Assembly: GCA_002104905.1 (NCBI GenBank)
Contig: MCFE01000426.1
Location: 13,461 to 77,460, forward strand
Direction of reading: 5' to 3'
Source: Basidiobolus meristosporus CBS 931.73
Taxonomy: Eukaryota; Fungi; Basidiobolomycota
DNA: 64,000 nucleotides
Both the position numbers and the translations under genes were made by a program. Positions 37,317-50,663 of this stretch are shown here, piece after piece; within the stretch, counting starts at the first letter, position 1, and each line of letters starts with the position of its first letter. The notes beneath the pieces were generated by a model, which did not search any database, was not told the DNA's origin, and saw only the letters and a program-made list of their open reading frames with translations.

Positions 37317-37642
37317 TTGCATAGTCGCTGCTCCACACCTAGAATTGGTATGAATGATGAATAAATCCCCATGAGGCCCTTCAACAAGGCGGATAGGATC
37401 GATTAGGCTTCCGGGATCTCGGTATTTAAGTATCTCTGCTTACTTAACTAGAATACTGATTGGTAGATCCACTTAAAGTACACAATGTTATGAAATACTC
37501 GGAACTGTATCTGCAGTAATCAGCATGTCATTGGCGATCTTGGCATATAATTACAACCTCTGTATCTTAATATCTAAAGCCAAAAAATTTCTCGAATTTT
37601 GTGAATTACATAAATCTCATTCAATTTACAGTATCATTCATT

Positions 37643-39650
37643 ATGCCACCTAACGCTATTAACACGATATCACCTTCATTAGAGGGCGGCAGGAAGAGGA
37701 TTGCTGTGGTGGGTTCTGGTGAGTATGGTTAACCCCAAAGAGAATGCTCGTGTCTATCAGATTCTAATAACCCTTCAAGGTCTTGCCGGATTAACAACTG
37801 CTCATTTGCTAAGCTTGAATGAGGAGTACGAGGTGCACATATTTGAAAAGAGCTCCGAGTTCGGGGCAGATGCTGCTTCTATAACCTTGCCCATCAAGGA
37901 TGAGAATGGCTGGACCGAAACAAGAGTAGATGTGCCCGCTCGGGCTTTTTCTCGTGACTACTGTACGCTCATCTAAACACGTTCAGTATGGGGAACTGTC
38001 TTGACTAATGTAATATAATTCCTATTGTAGACCCCAGCTTAACTGCCATGTACGAACACTTGGGTATATCTTTTCAACCAGCCGATTATTCGTTATCCTT
38101 CAGCGAGTTCGACCAAAAGCTAGAAAAGCCTTCGCAACCTATATTCTCCTATCGGAATGTTAAATATAAAGGATACAGTATTCCTTTTCCGGATGTCTTC
38201 GAGAAGTATTGCGAAAATATGCCGGAGAGGACGCAGATTCTAGCTGAGTGGATGCGTTTCTCCATGTTTGCCAACGAGGCTGCTCGTACGAATAGTTTGT
38301 TGAGCTTCCCTGGATCTATTGGCTCGTTTCTAAAACTGCACAATTATTCGGAGAAATTTCAGCATGCTATCTTCATCCCATTCCTATCCTCAATTTGTAC
38401 TTGTTCTTATACGACAGTGGCGAACATGCCTGCCAGCGACGTTCTGGATTTCTTTGCCACCAGCATTCTATCTGAGCCAGTACTGAAGGTCCGGGCAGGA
38501 ATCCGTGATGTGTGCAAGAAATTAAGTGAAAACGTCCACTCGATTCGGTTCAACTGCACTGTCAAGTCGATCTACCGTGATGAAGAGCGGAGCGAAGCTA
38601 ATCCCGAGTCCCCATCCCTGGTTGTGCAGACAGGCTCGGGGGAGAAGTTTGAATTTCATCATGTAAGTAGAGGCCTATTCGTTTGTCGGATGCTATTGCT
38701 AACCTTTTTTGATTTAAGGTAATCATGGCTACACAAGGGATCAATGCCTATAAAATCTTTCTCCCCGCTTCACCGCCTAGTGCCCAGCTTAGTGCCACGG
38801 TGGATTTCAAGTACGAATACACGCTGGTCGTTACCCACAAAGACCCCAAGTTAATGCCCGAGAATCGAGATGATTGGAGAGGGATCAATCTGTTTAAGGC
38901 TACCAATTATCCACAGCAACATAAATCTCAAAAACATGTACCTGAGCAGACGATTGGATTTTCCGATCAGGTCATGTCCACCATCTGGATCAACCGTGCA
39001 GAGGACAAAGACTTTGAAGAGAACATTTTCCAGGTTTTTAACTTTCTATCTATCTCTTGCATCATCGGTGGTACTGATCTATTTCCAAGACTGTGAATCC
39101 TTTGGTTGAACCTGATCCCGCCACTGTGATCAACAGAACCTGGTTTCACCGATCGGTTCTGAGCCCTGCCTCCCACCATGCCATTGACCAGCTTCACCAG
39201 ATCCAGGGAAGAGACAATATATGGTTTGTGGGTGCCTACGTGTATCCTGGGATTCCCCTTCTTGAAGGCTGTGTCCAATCCTCAATGGAGGTTTGCGAGG
39301 CATTGGGGGTGACGGCGCCCTGGGGTATCCGTTCCCACAAGTTCTGTGATTCTGGCAAACGTACTCATGGCCTGAGAGATGGCTTCAGTCGCGCTGGCTA
39401 TGTAGATCATTACTTCAATAGACCCAAGGAAAGGTGTTCCACATGGAGCATCAGCAGCCTGGTCATGTGCTTTGTGAATGCCATATTCGCTGCCTTCATG
39501 TGGTCGCTGGAGAACCCGGTTATCCGCAGTGAAAGAATGGCCAACGCAGTTATCAGTGTATGGTACCTGTTGGTGGCTTTTGTCACCCGAATCATTCGTT
39601 TCTTCGTTATGGCGTCGCAGAGTGTGCGCGATAGCAAGAAGCAGATTTAG
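37643..39650 (+). CDS. FAD/NAD(P)-binding oxidoreductase (amine-oxidase-like, COG2907-like), multi-exon
   Basis: RIAVVGSGLAGLTTA dinucleotide-binding motif, VHIFEK, VDVPARAF, QGRDNIWFVGAY...LLEGCVQS. Confidence 0.87.
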
Positions 39651-40110
39651 ATGCATGACATGCCTATATATACATATATACCCGCATTCTCTATCTGCTC
39701 CGCACTGGAAACTTTTGCGCCCATTGCTCGGTGCATTCTAACCTTCAACATAATCCAGCCCGTTTTGTATTTATCCTTCGTAGTTGAGGGTTGATTTCCT
39801 GGTATAATTCAAGCTACATCACAGATTAAACAAATCATCAAAATAAATCCCCAATTTAATCGGAATTATCAAATCGGTTTGAGGGTACAGCTCCATCATC
39901 AATACTGCACGAAGTAGGGTGCCTTTTTAGGGCGATTCGATGATGACGAACTCGAGGTGGCAGATAGAAGCTGGCTATATGGTGAATCCACCCGAATTCT
40001 TTTCCGGGTAGGATACTGATATTTACTTCGAGGCCAATTTATTGCGTCGTTTTCATACACGAACTCTTTTCAATATACCACTCGAATAATTAGTTGTTAC
40101 TTCTCTCAAG

Positions 40111-41797
40111 ATGGTACACTTGCCCGCCGTAGTTATCGATAATGGTACTGGGTAAGTATCGTGTTTTCATTTTGAGTTCCAAAGCTCAAACCCATCTCAT
40201 CTGCCCTCCATTTTCTACCAGGTACACCAAGATGGGGTTCTCTGGCAACACTCAACCCTCCTATGTCATCCCCACCGCCATCGCTACCCGTGATAATGTT
40301 TCGAGAAAAGCTGGAAACATCGCCTCGAAGCGCGGCATTGAAGATCTCGATTTCTTTATCGGAGATGAAGCCATAGCCAACTCGAAAACATACGGAGTCA
40401 GCTATCCTATTCGTCACGGACAAATCGATAACTGGGATTACATGGAAAGATACTGGGAGCAGTGCATCTTCAAGTATCTTCGTTGCCAGCCTGAAGATCA
40501 TTATTTCCTTTTGGTAGAATCAGCCTTCATCTCAGGACTTACTTTTATTCTGACTCGAACCACCTTCACCCTCTAGACTGAGCCTCCTCTGAACGCTCCC
40601 GAGAATCGTGAACAAACTGCCGAAATCATGTTCGAGTCCTTCAACTGCCAAGGCCTTTACATCGCGGTCCAGGCCGTGTTGGCGTTGGCTGCTAGTTGGA
40701 CCTCCGGAAAATCCACCGAAAAGAGTTTGACCGGTACCGTTATCGACAGTGGTGATGGTGTCACCCACGTTATTCCGGTGGTAAAGTTCGATTTCGTAGC
40801 GTTGAGCTCTTTCCCACATTTGACGTTCCCCCGTTGTTTAGGCCGAGGGTTATGTCGTCGGCAGCTCTATCAAGCATATACCCATTGCCGGACGTGATCT
40901 CACTGCATTCGTTCAACAACTGTTACGTGAGCACAACGAAACCCAAATCCCTCCTGAGGACTCTTTGGAGATTGCCAAGCGCATCAAGGAAGAGTATGCA
41001 TACGTCTGCCCAGACATTGTCAAGGAATTTCAGAGATACGATCAGGAAGGCGAGAAGTACTTCAAAACGTTCGATGCTGTCCACAGCGTTACACAAAAGG
41101 TAACCGCAGGGTGTAGGTTCGACGGAATACTGAACATTCTCAAACACTTTGCAGTCTTATAAAGTAGATGTTGGTTATGAGCGTTTCCTTGCTCCTGAGA
41201 TCTTCTTCAACCCAGAGATCGTTAGCTCCGACTTCTTGACTCCTCTGCCCGAAGTCGTCGACAATGTCATTCAATCCAGCCCCATCGATACTCGACGTGG
41301 CTTATACAAGGTAGCGTCTCTATGGTTGACATCAATCCTGGTCCCTGTATTGAAGTGGGCGAATTGGTCCTAGAATATCGTTCTTTCCGGTGGCTCCACC
41401 ATGTTCAAAGATTTCGGAAAGCGTCTTCAACGTGACATCAAGAGAATCGTAGATGGCCGTGTCAAGAGAAGCGAGGAACTTAGCGGAGGAAACCTCAAGG
41501 TTTGTTCGGCCGAACCCCATCCATCTGGTCACGGATGAGTAACATCTTTTCTAGGCCACCCCTCTCGATGTCAACGTCATTGCTCACAAGAAGCAAAGAT
41601 ATGCCGTTTGGTTTGGCGGTAGTTTGATGGCCACCACCGTAAGTACAGCTGCATGAAACCGGGGCCTTGATAACCATTACTAATCGAACGTTCGGCTTCA
41701 GGATCAATTCTACTCGTTCAGTCACACCAAGGCCGAATATGAAGAATATGGACCTTCGATTTGTAGACACAACCGTGTCTTCAACTCGATCGCTTAA
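40111..41797 (+). CDS. ARP3: Actin-related protein 3 (Arp2/3 complex), multi-exon
   Basis: [10 protein letters not shown]|[91 protein letters not shown]. Confidence 0.97.
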
Positions 41798-43089
41798 GTC
41801 ATCACATCTTCATCTAACCACCTTACACTCATTCGTCTTGATCTTGTTATTTCCCGTAAATAAATCATCCTAAATCCCCTCACCATTCGTGCACCATTTG
41901 CCTCTGTTCTGCCTTCGTTCGTTCCACAATAGAGATCATATGCCAGCCTAGTAATTTACACGGATCCAGAGCGGATGCAGGAAAGCGGTGTTGGGTGTCC
42001 GGCAGGCGTTGGTGCTAATTGATGGGTTACTCAATCATTCAGAGAATTCGCATTTGGGAAGGTATGTTTGTTACCGCAAAAGAGACAATGTGTAGAAGGG
42101 CGCCTAGACTTGCATGAGTACTACATTCAGGTAGATAGCTGACAAACTGGCGAATGGCTCACACCCATGTTCAGCAAGTCTCCCTGGCAACATATACTCC
42201 TGAGTCTCCATGAATCAATATCAGAGCCAGTGGTACATTGGAACTCTACTGAAATCCGCTAAAATGAAACCAATTTCAACCAGCATCAGCAGCCCCATAG
42301 CGGATGATGTAATTGGTTTAATTCCTCAAAACAGCAGGTAAGCCACCCTGCTGTGTCCCCGAAAGATCCAACCCAATTGTGCACCTCTCGGCTTACCATT
42401 TCCAAATGCCTTCCATCCGTTTGCTACGCGCCATGCCCAAACTCACAAGGCCGGTGTTGGGCAAATCAAAGCTCTTCGGCCCGCAAATGTTTACCGATCC
42501 TCTGCTCTCCGAGGCCCAGGCAATGAATGTGTTTGACTCTTCATTGCACCAAGAATAACCCGATTTGCTGATCAAGGCTGGGTATCAGAGCATAACCAGT
42601 GTATATTTCCACAATGAATGTAATTTGGAGCTGTATCCTTCACCTGAACCACCTTAACTTTAACCCAATGGTTGTGTGACTCACCTCACCCGGCTCCCTC
42701 CAACGTACTTCGATGATCAATCCGACAAATTGCCGAAACCCCACCCCAGCGGTAACACATCTACAACACCAGGAATTGATCTCTTATCTAGACCCTTCCA
42801 ACATTAAGCTGTCTTTGCCGAAACATTCTAGACAGCGTGTGGCTCTTCCACCAATATTGCGGTGTGAAACTGCCGCCTTAGGAATCTGAGATTCCCGACG
42901 CCTAGGTAATCACTTACTATTACAATGAACCACCAGTGAATCAACTTAATAATTCTCCTTGTTCTTTCCTTTCATCCCTAAACAACCAATTTAGGCGGCA
43001 ATATCCAACAGTCCTAATACGGATGTCACTGAGTATAAAGACCAAAGAGCCCCTCCTGGAGTGGGCATCATCCTCGTTCTTCCGTCGAT

Positions 43090-43422
43090 ATGGTTATGTT
43101 CAACTTGTTCCATCATCTGAAATCCCAAAAAGCCAAGCAACTGCGAAAATCCTCGCGCAAACATTCCTCAGATTATGCCACTGTCTCAACTATGGACTCC
43201 TCTAGTCTGAACAGCAACTCGGTCCAATCGTTCGAGGCGCAGAAGATGCCCGATATTCATGAGCTGGAATACATCTTGGAAAGCACCAATCGCAGCCGTT
43301 ACTCCGAACAAGACGTTCACTTAAGCATGGAGCAAGAGCTCGATCTTGAGTTCGCAAGACTTGCTGGACTCTTGGAAAGAGGCGAGAAGCAACGCTTGAC
43401 CTCGCAAGACTTCACCCCTTGA
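43090..43422 (+). CDS. Orphan small protein, copy A (110 aa)
   Basis: Intronless ORF that aligns without gaps to 43925-44263, with codon-level conservation. Confidence 0.75.
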   Translation: MVMFNLFHHLKSQKAKQLRKSSRKHSSDYATVSTMDSSSLNSNSVQSFEAQKMPDIHELEYILESTNRSRYSEQDVHLSMEQELDLEFARLAGLLERGEKQRLTSQDFTP

Positions 43423-43924
43423 ATAACATGATAGGGCCTGTAATGGTTGAGTGAAAAAATCACCAACCAATAACCAATGTGAATAGAGCAAAGTAATCAC
43501 TGTAAATATTGTCATCACCCCCCCCCCCTCACCGACAGAGGATCTATTGACCTTGATACCTATAATAAATCATACAAGAATGTACAAAAAGTGATTCGAG
43601 AACAACCCAATGCTGATTCCGGACTTGGACACAATCCGAACTAAACCAACTTCGTTTCATCGGGAAAATTGGAATGCTGTAGCACAGTTACTAGGATTCA
43701 TATGTTGCAGGATGTATGTTTCACGGATCTTATCAAGCAAGGCACCAGGTTCAATCTCTCCTTCAAATGAAGTTACACTCTATGTGATACGATATCGCAA
43801 GCCTCTTTTCAAGGATCACATTGATGGATTCTTGTACTACATTGATCATGGTTTTTCATATACTTAAGGGAGACTAGCGGCCAACGACTTACCATCAGCA
43901 CAAGCCACCATTTTATCTTCAACC

Positions 43925-44263
43925 ATGCAAATGACCAAACTCTTCACTCAACTCAAAGCTCGCAAGAGCAACAAGAACCACGACCTCCAATTCCAGGAAT
44001 TTCCTGACTGTGCCTCCCTCTCCTCATCCGACAACAGCAGCTTTAGCACTGCCTCGACCGTTTCAATTTCCCTGCAAGATGATCCTTCTATCGATGAATT
44101 AGATTACATCTTTGAGCTCTCCTCCAAATCCCGCTATCACAAGCAAGATGTCCATTTGAGCTCCAAGAAAGAGCTTGATCTGGAGCTGGCTAGACTCACT
44201 GGGCTTCTCGAAAGGGGCGGAAAACTCCGTTTGTCGTCCCAGGACTACTACTCATTAGCATAA
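43925..44263 (+). CDS. Orphan small protein, copy B (112 aa)
   Basis: Paralogue of 43090-43422. Shared C-terminal motif SRY..QDVHLS...ELDLE.ARL.GLLERG.K.RL.SQD. Confidence 0.75.
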   Translation: MQMTKLFTQLKARKSNKNHDLQFQEFPDCASLSSSDNSSFSTASTVSISLQDDPSIDELDYIFELSSKSRYHKQDVHLSSKKELDLELARLTGLLERGGKLRLSSQDYYSLA

Positions 44264-44710
44264 ACTCTCCCAAGTTGAGAGAAATCAATCCATGTGAATA
44301 CCGTGACAAATAATTGTAAATAATGACCTTATAATGTAAAATAATAACCTGGCTCAAAATAAACCACACTTACGGAATGAAATTGTACTTCATAAACGTT
44401 ACCAATATACTTCAGGAAGGATGAGGCATTGTTTAATCGATGTCTTTACTAATGCAGTCACTTAACTCTTGCATATTTATCGAGCATAAGATTCCGCAGA
44501 ATCATGCTGGAAATTAGATTATCGACCACACTCACGTGACCGGATGGCTCTCAACTGAACCCCATAGTGCTCTTGATTTCCTGGGGCCCCAACGAAATTT
44601 CTCTCGTGGAATATTATAGGTTATAGCAAAAGAGTCTAGCTATACGGTTGTTCAGTTTGACTTACGTTGTGTAGTCGTTCGCCTTGTTGATCCGTTATTC
44701 AAGTAAAAGC

Positions 44711-45361
44711 ATGTCGTCTTTCTGGAAGAAAATAGGTAGACTTCTCTGGGTGGTAGGTTAAACAATTTTTTTGGAGGGCGCCTCATCCTTGCCTGAGAGA
44801 AACGTGTTCATTCTTCAAACATCCGCTTTAGAATCCCGAGTACTCCGAGTCCATGTTGACTCCAGGAAAATATCGTGTCCCCGCCCCTGGGTATAGCTGA
44901 ATATTTCTTACCACTCCGCCCGTTTGAAACTTCAATTAATGGATTCTCTTAGTTCTCAACCCGCTTACTCCAAAGCCCCCACTGAAGTTACCAAAATCCA
45001 TCACAATTACTATTTCAATCGCGATGTCCGCCGTAACTACCCTCGTACCCATACATACACCCAAGAGGATCTTGCTAAATTGCTCGTTGCTCCCAAACAA
45101 GAGAGGTTAGTGGAAGTGCTTTGATTCTGGTATTGAATTATATCTGACTTGTGAATCCTTCACCAACTCAGCATCGCTAGTGGTGAAACTACCCCCGTCG
45201 CCCAAATCACCTCATTGACCGAGGCTGTCAGCCAATCCCCACTCGTCACCTCCCAAAAACTCCCCCCTACTCCACCTGGTGTTCGTTACAGATTCAAGGG
45301 CTCAAGTGACGCACCAACTCCCCCAGAGAACACCTATTTCCCTATGTACTACGTTAACTAA
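44711..45361 (+). CDS. Complex I accessory subunit NDUFA7/B14.5a-like, multi-exon
   Basis: MSSFWKKI..., YRVPAPGSQP, NYYFNRDVRRNYPR, LPPTPP, YFPMYYVN. Confidence 0.85.
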
Positions 45362-45935
45362 ATACACACTGCTTCCCACGCACTTTGGCATAAACATCAA
45401 ATACATATATGTGTGTTCATCGTTTACATCACCCAAAACTGTCAGTTCGTTTTTTCCATCGATATACATTCTCCATCAAGCTCCAAGGCATTTTCTGGTC
45501 CAAGTCAGCTTAGTGATTTGCTTAATTTAAACCCACAAATCACGTGTCTTGGCAGTGAGGATCACATGGACGCTCAACCAAAATAGAATCCCCCTGTGGG
45601 GTAGTGACAAAACTGTTTATCCTACACTGTTATACCATGGCTATAGTCAAATCCCGGTGTGGATGATTTGAAATTGTAACCATTATACCCACTGTCTAGC
45701 ATCTACTGTACATCCACCGCCCACCTGCTAGGTCAGCCACAAGCCATTTTCCAAGCTCGATTTGATCGGGTATCGACCGCCAAAATGGTAAAAGCAATTA
45801 AACCAATTGAAGAAAAGATAAGACGCAGTGCCGGAGGAATTTTTCTCTACAATTCATTAAGAATGCTTTATTGACCCAAGATTAGATTTAGTGCGTATGT
45901 AATTATGTAGGCGGGTTTGGTGTGAAGGAAGAAAT

Positions 45936-46656
45936 TTATACATGAGGGATCTTCATTTGTCCAACTGGCAGGGAGACGTAGGAGGTTTCCTTAGTGATGA
46001 TCACTGTAAACAATGATTCGATTAGCCTCTATGTGCAGCAGGGCGTAAATGTAAATAGCAAGCGACTTACCAGAAGCAGCGTTGTACCAAGCGATTAGAG
46101 CAGTGATTAAGCCGAACCAACCGGCGGCTTTGTTGCAATCGGGCGCATTGGCGAAGGAGCCAATGGTCAAAAGCAGGAAGGTAATGAACAAAAAGAAGAA
46201 CAGCAGGAACATGGTGCGGACCCCCTTGAGAGAGCCAAGCATCATGATCAGGGTGAAGATGGTCCAGCCAAGAAGGTAGTATCCCATAGCCACATTGAAC
46301 TCTTTCTTATACGCGTCCTCAATCTGGAAGGCGGGAGTAAGGATGGCAGCAAACGAGATCCAGAATCCACCGTAAGACGAGAACGCAGTAGCTCCGATTA
46401 CATTTCCGCACTTGAACTCCCACATACCGGCGCAAATCTGAGAGGTGCCGTCAGCAATGATTCGAGTCTCGTTTACCCAAATTCAAGAATTTACCTGTAC
46501 AGCGCCTCCATAAAAGAATGCAAGTCCGCAGACTACGTTGGGCACGTTACCACCGATTCCAGTATTGACCAGGGAGAGTACGAATGTAGTCAGGGCAAAT
46601 CCACAGAGACCCAAAGGACCAGGGTTTGCGATTGGTCGTGGTCGGTATTCAGACAT
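45936..46656 (-). CDS. GPR1/FUN34/YaaH (ATO) acetate transporter, 3 exons
   Basis: IANPGPLGLCGFALTTFVLS, FFYGGAVQ, GMWEFKCGN..GATAFSSYGGFW, AWYNAAS, SLPVG. Confidence 0.93.
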
Positions 46657-47529
46657 GATTCCGAGTAAATATGATTCTTGAGTTGATAGATTCGTTGGGA
46701 TATGGGAAACCCTCGGTGCCCTTATATACCACAACTTCGTCGGACCCTCGCCCAATTTAGACCACTTCACCGTACAGCGAAAATTGCCAAATCCCGATAA
46801 TCAGTATTTGTTAGCGCGACAGTTATATTTGGCCCGCACAGTTGCCATACTCGTTGCCGGGAACCGGTCATTGGCTTGGTGGCGAGTGTGGCACATCCCT
46901 AGCTGCCATCTAGAGCCACCCTCGGCATCTAAAGCACCTATTCTGGTCGAAACCATCCTATTGGGCTTGTTATGTTTAAAGCAAAATCGATATTCGAAGA
47001 GATTTGGCAAGCTCGAAGCCATACTGAGCTTACCGAAAACTTACTCTTCGACCCGCTTAAACTCTGAGGAGCTAGACAGTATCTGAGGGTATGAGTGAGC
47101 AACTGGTATCAGTGGAGTATGGGGGAGCATTGATTGAACAAATCGGAATTCCACTCAAAATAGATATTGGGTTTGTTTTCCATTTCAGGCCCTTCGGACT
47201 TTCCAAAAGAGAAGCCAGCTCACCAATGCCGTATTATTGCCAATGGATCGGTGGTATAGCTAGCATCTCAGATTGGAGGGTTATGGCTTGGACAGAGTGG
47301 TCTAGAGAGGGTGGTTATGGTTAGACATCATGTTTACCATGTATCGGGCTGGAATAAGACGGGCGGCCATTTATTGGCTCCCTGTAGATATATGAGCCAT
47401 TTATTGGTTCCCAGTAGACAAAAGGGTGATGAATTCACTATATTGAGAGGTATGGGGTTGATGATCAACTAAGGGATTGTCTATGTGATGGCTCCACTCT
47501 AGATCGCCGTGTTGGGCGGTGGATGAATA

Positions 47530-48249
47530 TTATGCTGTTTTGGAAATACTAACAATCGGCCTGCTATCAAATAGTGCTTGACCGTCACTTAGCCATGGAT
47601 AATAGAACTCCTCGACAGTCTCGTATCCCGGTAAATTGGCAACCAGGAGCTGGGGTCCGGTGACAACGCCTCCTTTCGTTCCTTTTGTGATGGTGATATC
47701 CACACAATTCATGTAGTATTCTCGGTTTGCCTGTGCATTGATCCAAGACCATGCGAAGATGGCCTCTCCCTCGTCCAGCTCCTCGGGCAGCTTCACTGGG
47801 ATGTGGTTCCCTGTGACCGTCATGCAGTCTCTCATGATGTCCTTGATAACCACAAATGTCTCCCCATTGTAGGATACTGCAAATTGGCAATGCCCACCCA
47901 TATGTGTATTGGGCCCCACGAGTTCTACAGGAATTTCCTCCCCGGCTGCAAAGCTTGCCTGACTGGGTCCTTTCGGCTTTCCTTGACATGGGTAACTCTA
48001 TTGTGGATAAAAGATTTTGATTAGCTAAGGCCATCCTCGGTTGATGCTGTTTGGTAATTCTTAGGCTATATTTACCCTAGTCTCATCCAATGGTGACGGA
48101 ACGTCGAAGTCTGGATTGTTTTTGCTGTAGTATGGACTCCATACAGAGCCACGTGGATATGGGTATTTCAGTTCCATGTGGGCAACTGCCAAGTGGGAGA
48201 AGAGGGATGCACCAAGTAAGTTCGTGAGTACAAATTTGATGGACACCAT
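47530..48249 (-). CDS. Secreted AA11-like lytic polysaccharide monooxygenase, 2 exons
   Basis: The signal peptide ends AVA|HMELKYPYPR, leaving an N-terminal His. Also YPCQG, THMGGHCQFAVSY and FAWSWIN...NREYYMNC (His-brace plus axial Tyr pattern). Confidence 0.85.
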
Positions 48250-48704
48250 GATAATTCTTCAACTTTGTTCCTTGCTGGTTAGCAGGGGCGTTGGGGCACA
48301 GGCTTAAGTAGTTCTCGCCATATCCAGGGATGATTTGTTCGAGAAACAATTCCATATTGTCCCGTGGATGAACAATGCGAATGGCCTCTAGCGAGGGATA
48401 ATGCATAATGTCGTAAAGAATCAACTAAAATTCAAAATGGGATTTGTAACATCCACGAAGCCCTGATATTCTATTATGGTCGGATCCAAACCCAACCTTG
48501 CCAGGAGAGCGATTAAGTTTTAATCAAATTTGATTAAGTTGGCCGCAATTTAGGCAATCTTCCCATGCGACTTACTCGGTTGAATTTAATCAACTATTAA
48601 CCCATACTCTACACATTTTTTTTTCAGTATGGAGGGAAAATCGTGAGTAAATATAGCCAAGCTACACGGTATAGGGTCGATACCAGTTCTCACCCACACG
48701 AAGG

Positions 48705-50663
48705 ATGGATAGCATTTTGGAAAAGCAGCGTAGAACTCACGAGGAAATCGAGCGTTTGGAGCAAGCGATCGTCGATCAATTCCTAACCGAAGCCGTCACG
48801 GTAGCTCTCTCTTCTTTCAAACATCCTCCGTGTGACTCGGTCTCAACTCACTCTTGTTTCATTGCAGCATCGCGCCAAACTAGCGAGAGACCATAAAGTT
48901 AGCGAGTATGTTGACAAAATCACCGCAAAGAACGGGAATCTGCTCAAGTTTTACGAGGATAAAGACGGGTAGGGTACATGCACGTTGTTATGGTAGATGC
49001 TCGCATGATTAACACCGACCCTTCAGGGCAAGAGCCAAAGAGATAGAAAAGATATCTGGAGCTTCAGAGTTTAGTGAGTTCTATCAACGCCTGAAGGACA
49101 TCAAAGATTATCATAGAAGATACCCCAACGAAGTTGTCGAGCCTCTGGAACTTGAGTACATGCAACAGGAGTATGTTGAGGAGAACGATGGTAATTCAGG
49201 AAACTTGTTGCACCCTGATGACTATTAGCATTAAACATCGTGTCCCCCGCAGGTCTCGATAGAATCTTCTCCGGCGAAGAAGGATTTGGAAAATACCTGG
49301 ATCTACACTCACTTCACGACCAATTCATGAATCTTAAAAACGTCAAGAAGCTGAATTACCTGACTTATCTCAGCGAGTTTGATAACTTCGCCAACATTCC
49401 AAAGCACGCCAAAAATCTGGAGTACAGAAAGTAGGTGGCTTCCCTGTTCGTCCAGAGGCCCGAATCCATACTCATCGTGCGGGAATCCACTTTAGATACA
49501 TAGAGTCTTTGCAAAACTACTTGGAAGACTTCGTAGGCCGCGTCAATCCCCTGAAAAATCTCAACCAAATCAAGCAAAAGGCCCTGGAGGAGATGAATGT
49601 GCAGTGGGAAAAGGGCACTTTCCCAGGTTGGGAGCGCCAGCAAAACATGGAGGACGAATCCTCCAAGAAAGCCCTGTTCTGCCCCGCCTGTATGTAGCTA
49701 TACACACACAACTACTTGGACATGGTTTCTCTAACCTTTCCTGTGGGTATCATGTTTAGGTAAGAAGCAATATTCGAAGAATACTGTCTATGAGGCTCAT
49801 TTAAAGAGTCGAAAGCACATGAAGGCAGCAAAGAATCTATTAAACAGCGGCGGCGTAGTGGATCCCCAGGAGATTGAGATGGCTCAGAAACGCGAGGAAA
49901 AGCATAAGGAAGATCGGGAGAAATCAGTCGCTGAAGCCGAGGCGATCATCGTCAAGCTTGCCGAAGTGCTTGGTAAAGAGAGAGAGGACACAAAAGCAAA
50001 CGTGGAGCGAAAGCAAACCTTAACCGACAAAGAAAGAAATGTAAGTCTTGCCCCTAATCCTTGTTTGATCCTCACATCTAGTCTAACCATCGATCATGCA
50101 GCTGGAGCTCGAGGCTGAAGAGGTGGAGGTGGAGGAGTCAGACTCTGAGGATGAAGAGAGAATATACAATCCCCTGAAACTTCCACTTGGCTGGGATGGA
50201 AAGCCAATCCCTTACTGGCTATACAAGTTACATGGTCTTGGAGTAGAATACACATGCGAGATTTGCGGCAATTATGTGTACATGGGCAGAAAAGCATTCG
50301 ATAGACATTTCCAGGTGACTTGGCCATCCATCACGTAATATCACGCGGTCCTTGCACTAACTCGCCTGTATTTTAGGAATGGAGACATGCCCATGGTATG
50401 CGTTGCCTTGGCATCCCTAACACAAGACACTTCCATGACATCACACTTATTGAAGACGCCTATGCTCGTAAGTTTCTTGCTGTACGGTAGCCCAATGACA
50501 TTGGCTAATTCAAACATCCTCTCGTATAGTGTGGGACAGGCTAAAGGCCAGCAATAAAACGGAAGACTTCAAATCCGAAGTGATGGAGGAGTTTGAAGAC
50601 GCAGACGGCAACGTGTTCAACCGCAAGACCTACGAGGATCTTAAGAGACAAGGCCTTATCTGA
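48705..50663 (+). CDS. PRP9: Splicing factor SF3a60 / Prp9, multi-exon
   Basis: [88 protein letters not shown]. Confidence 0.96.

Noticed and set aside
42393-42760. Exon-like segment with GTAAG and GTGAGT donors on the minus strand
   Set aside because: No stop-free spliced model could be built and no homology was recognised.
47930-47950. Suspected frameshift in the LPMO gene
   Set aside because: Re-reading shows GCC GGG GAG GAA ATT, which is in frame.
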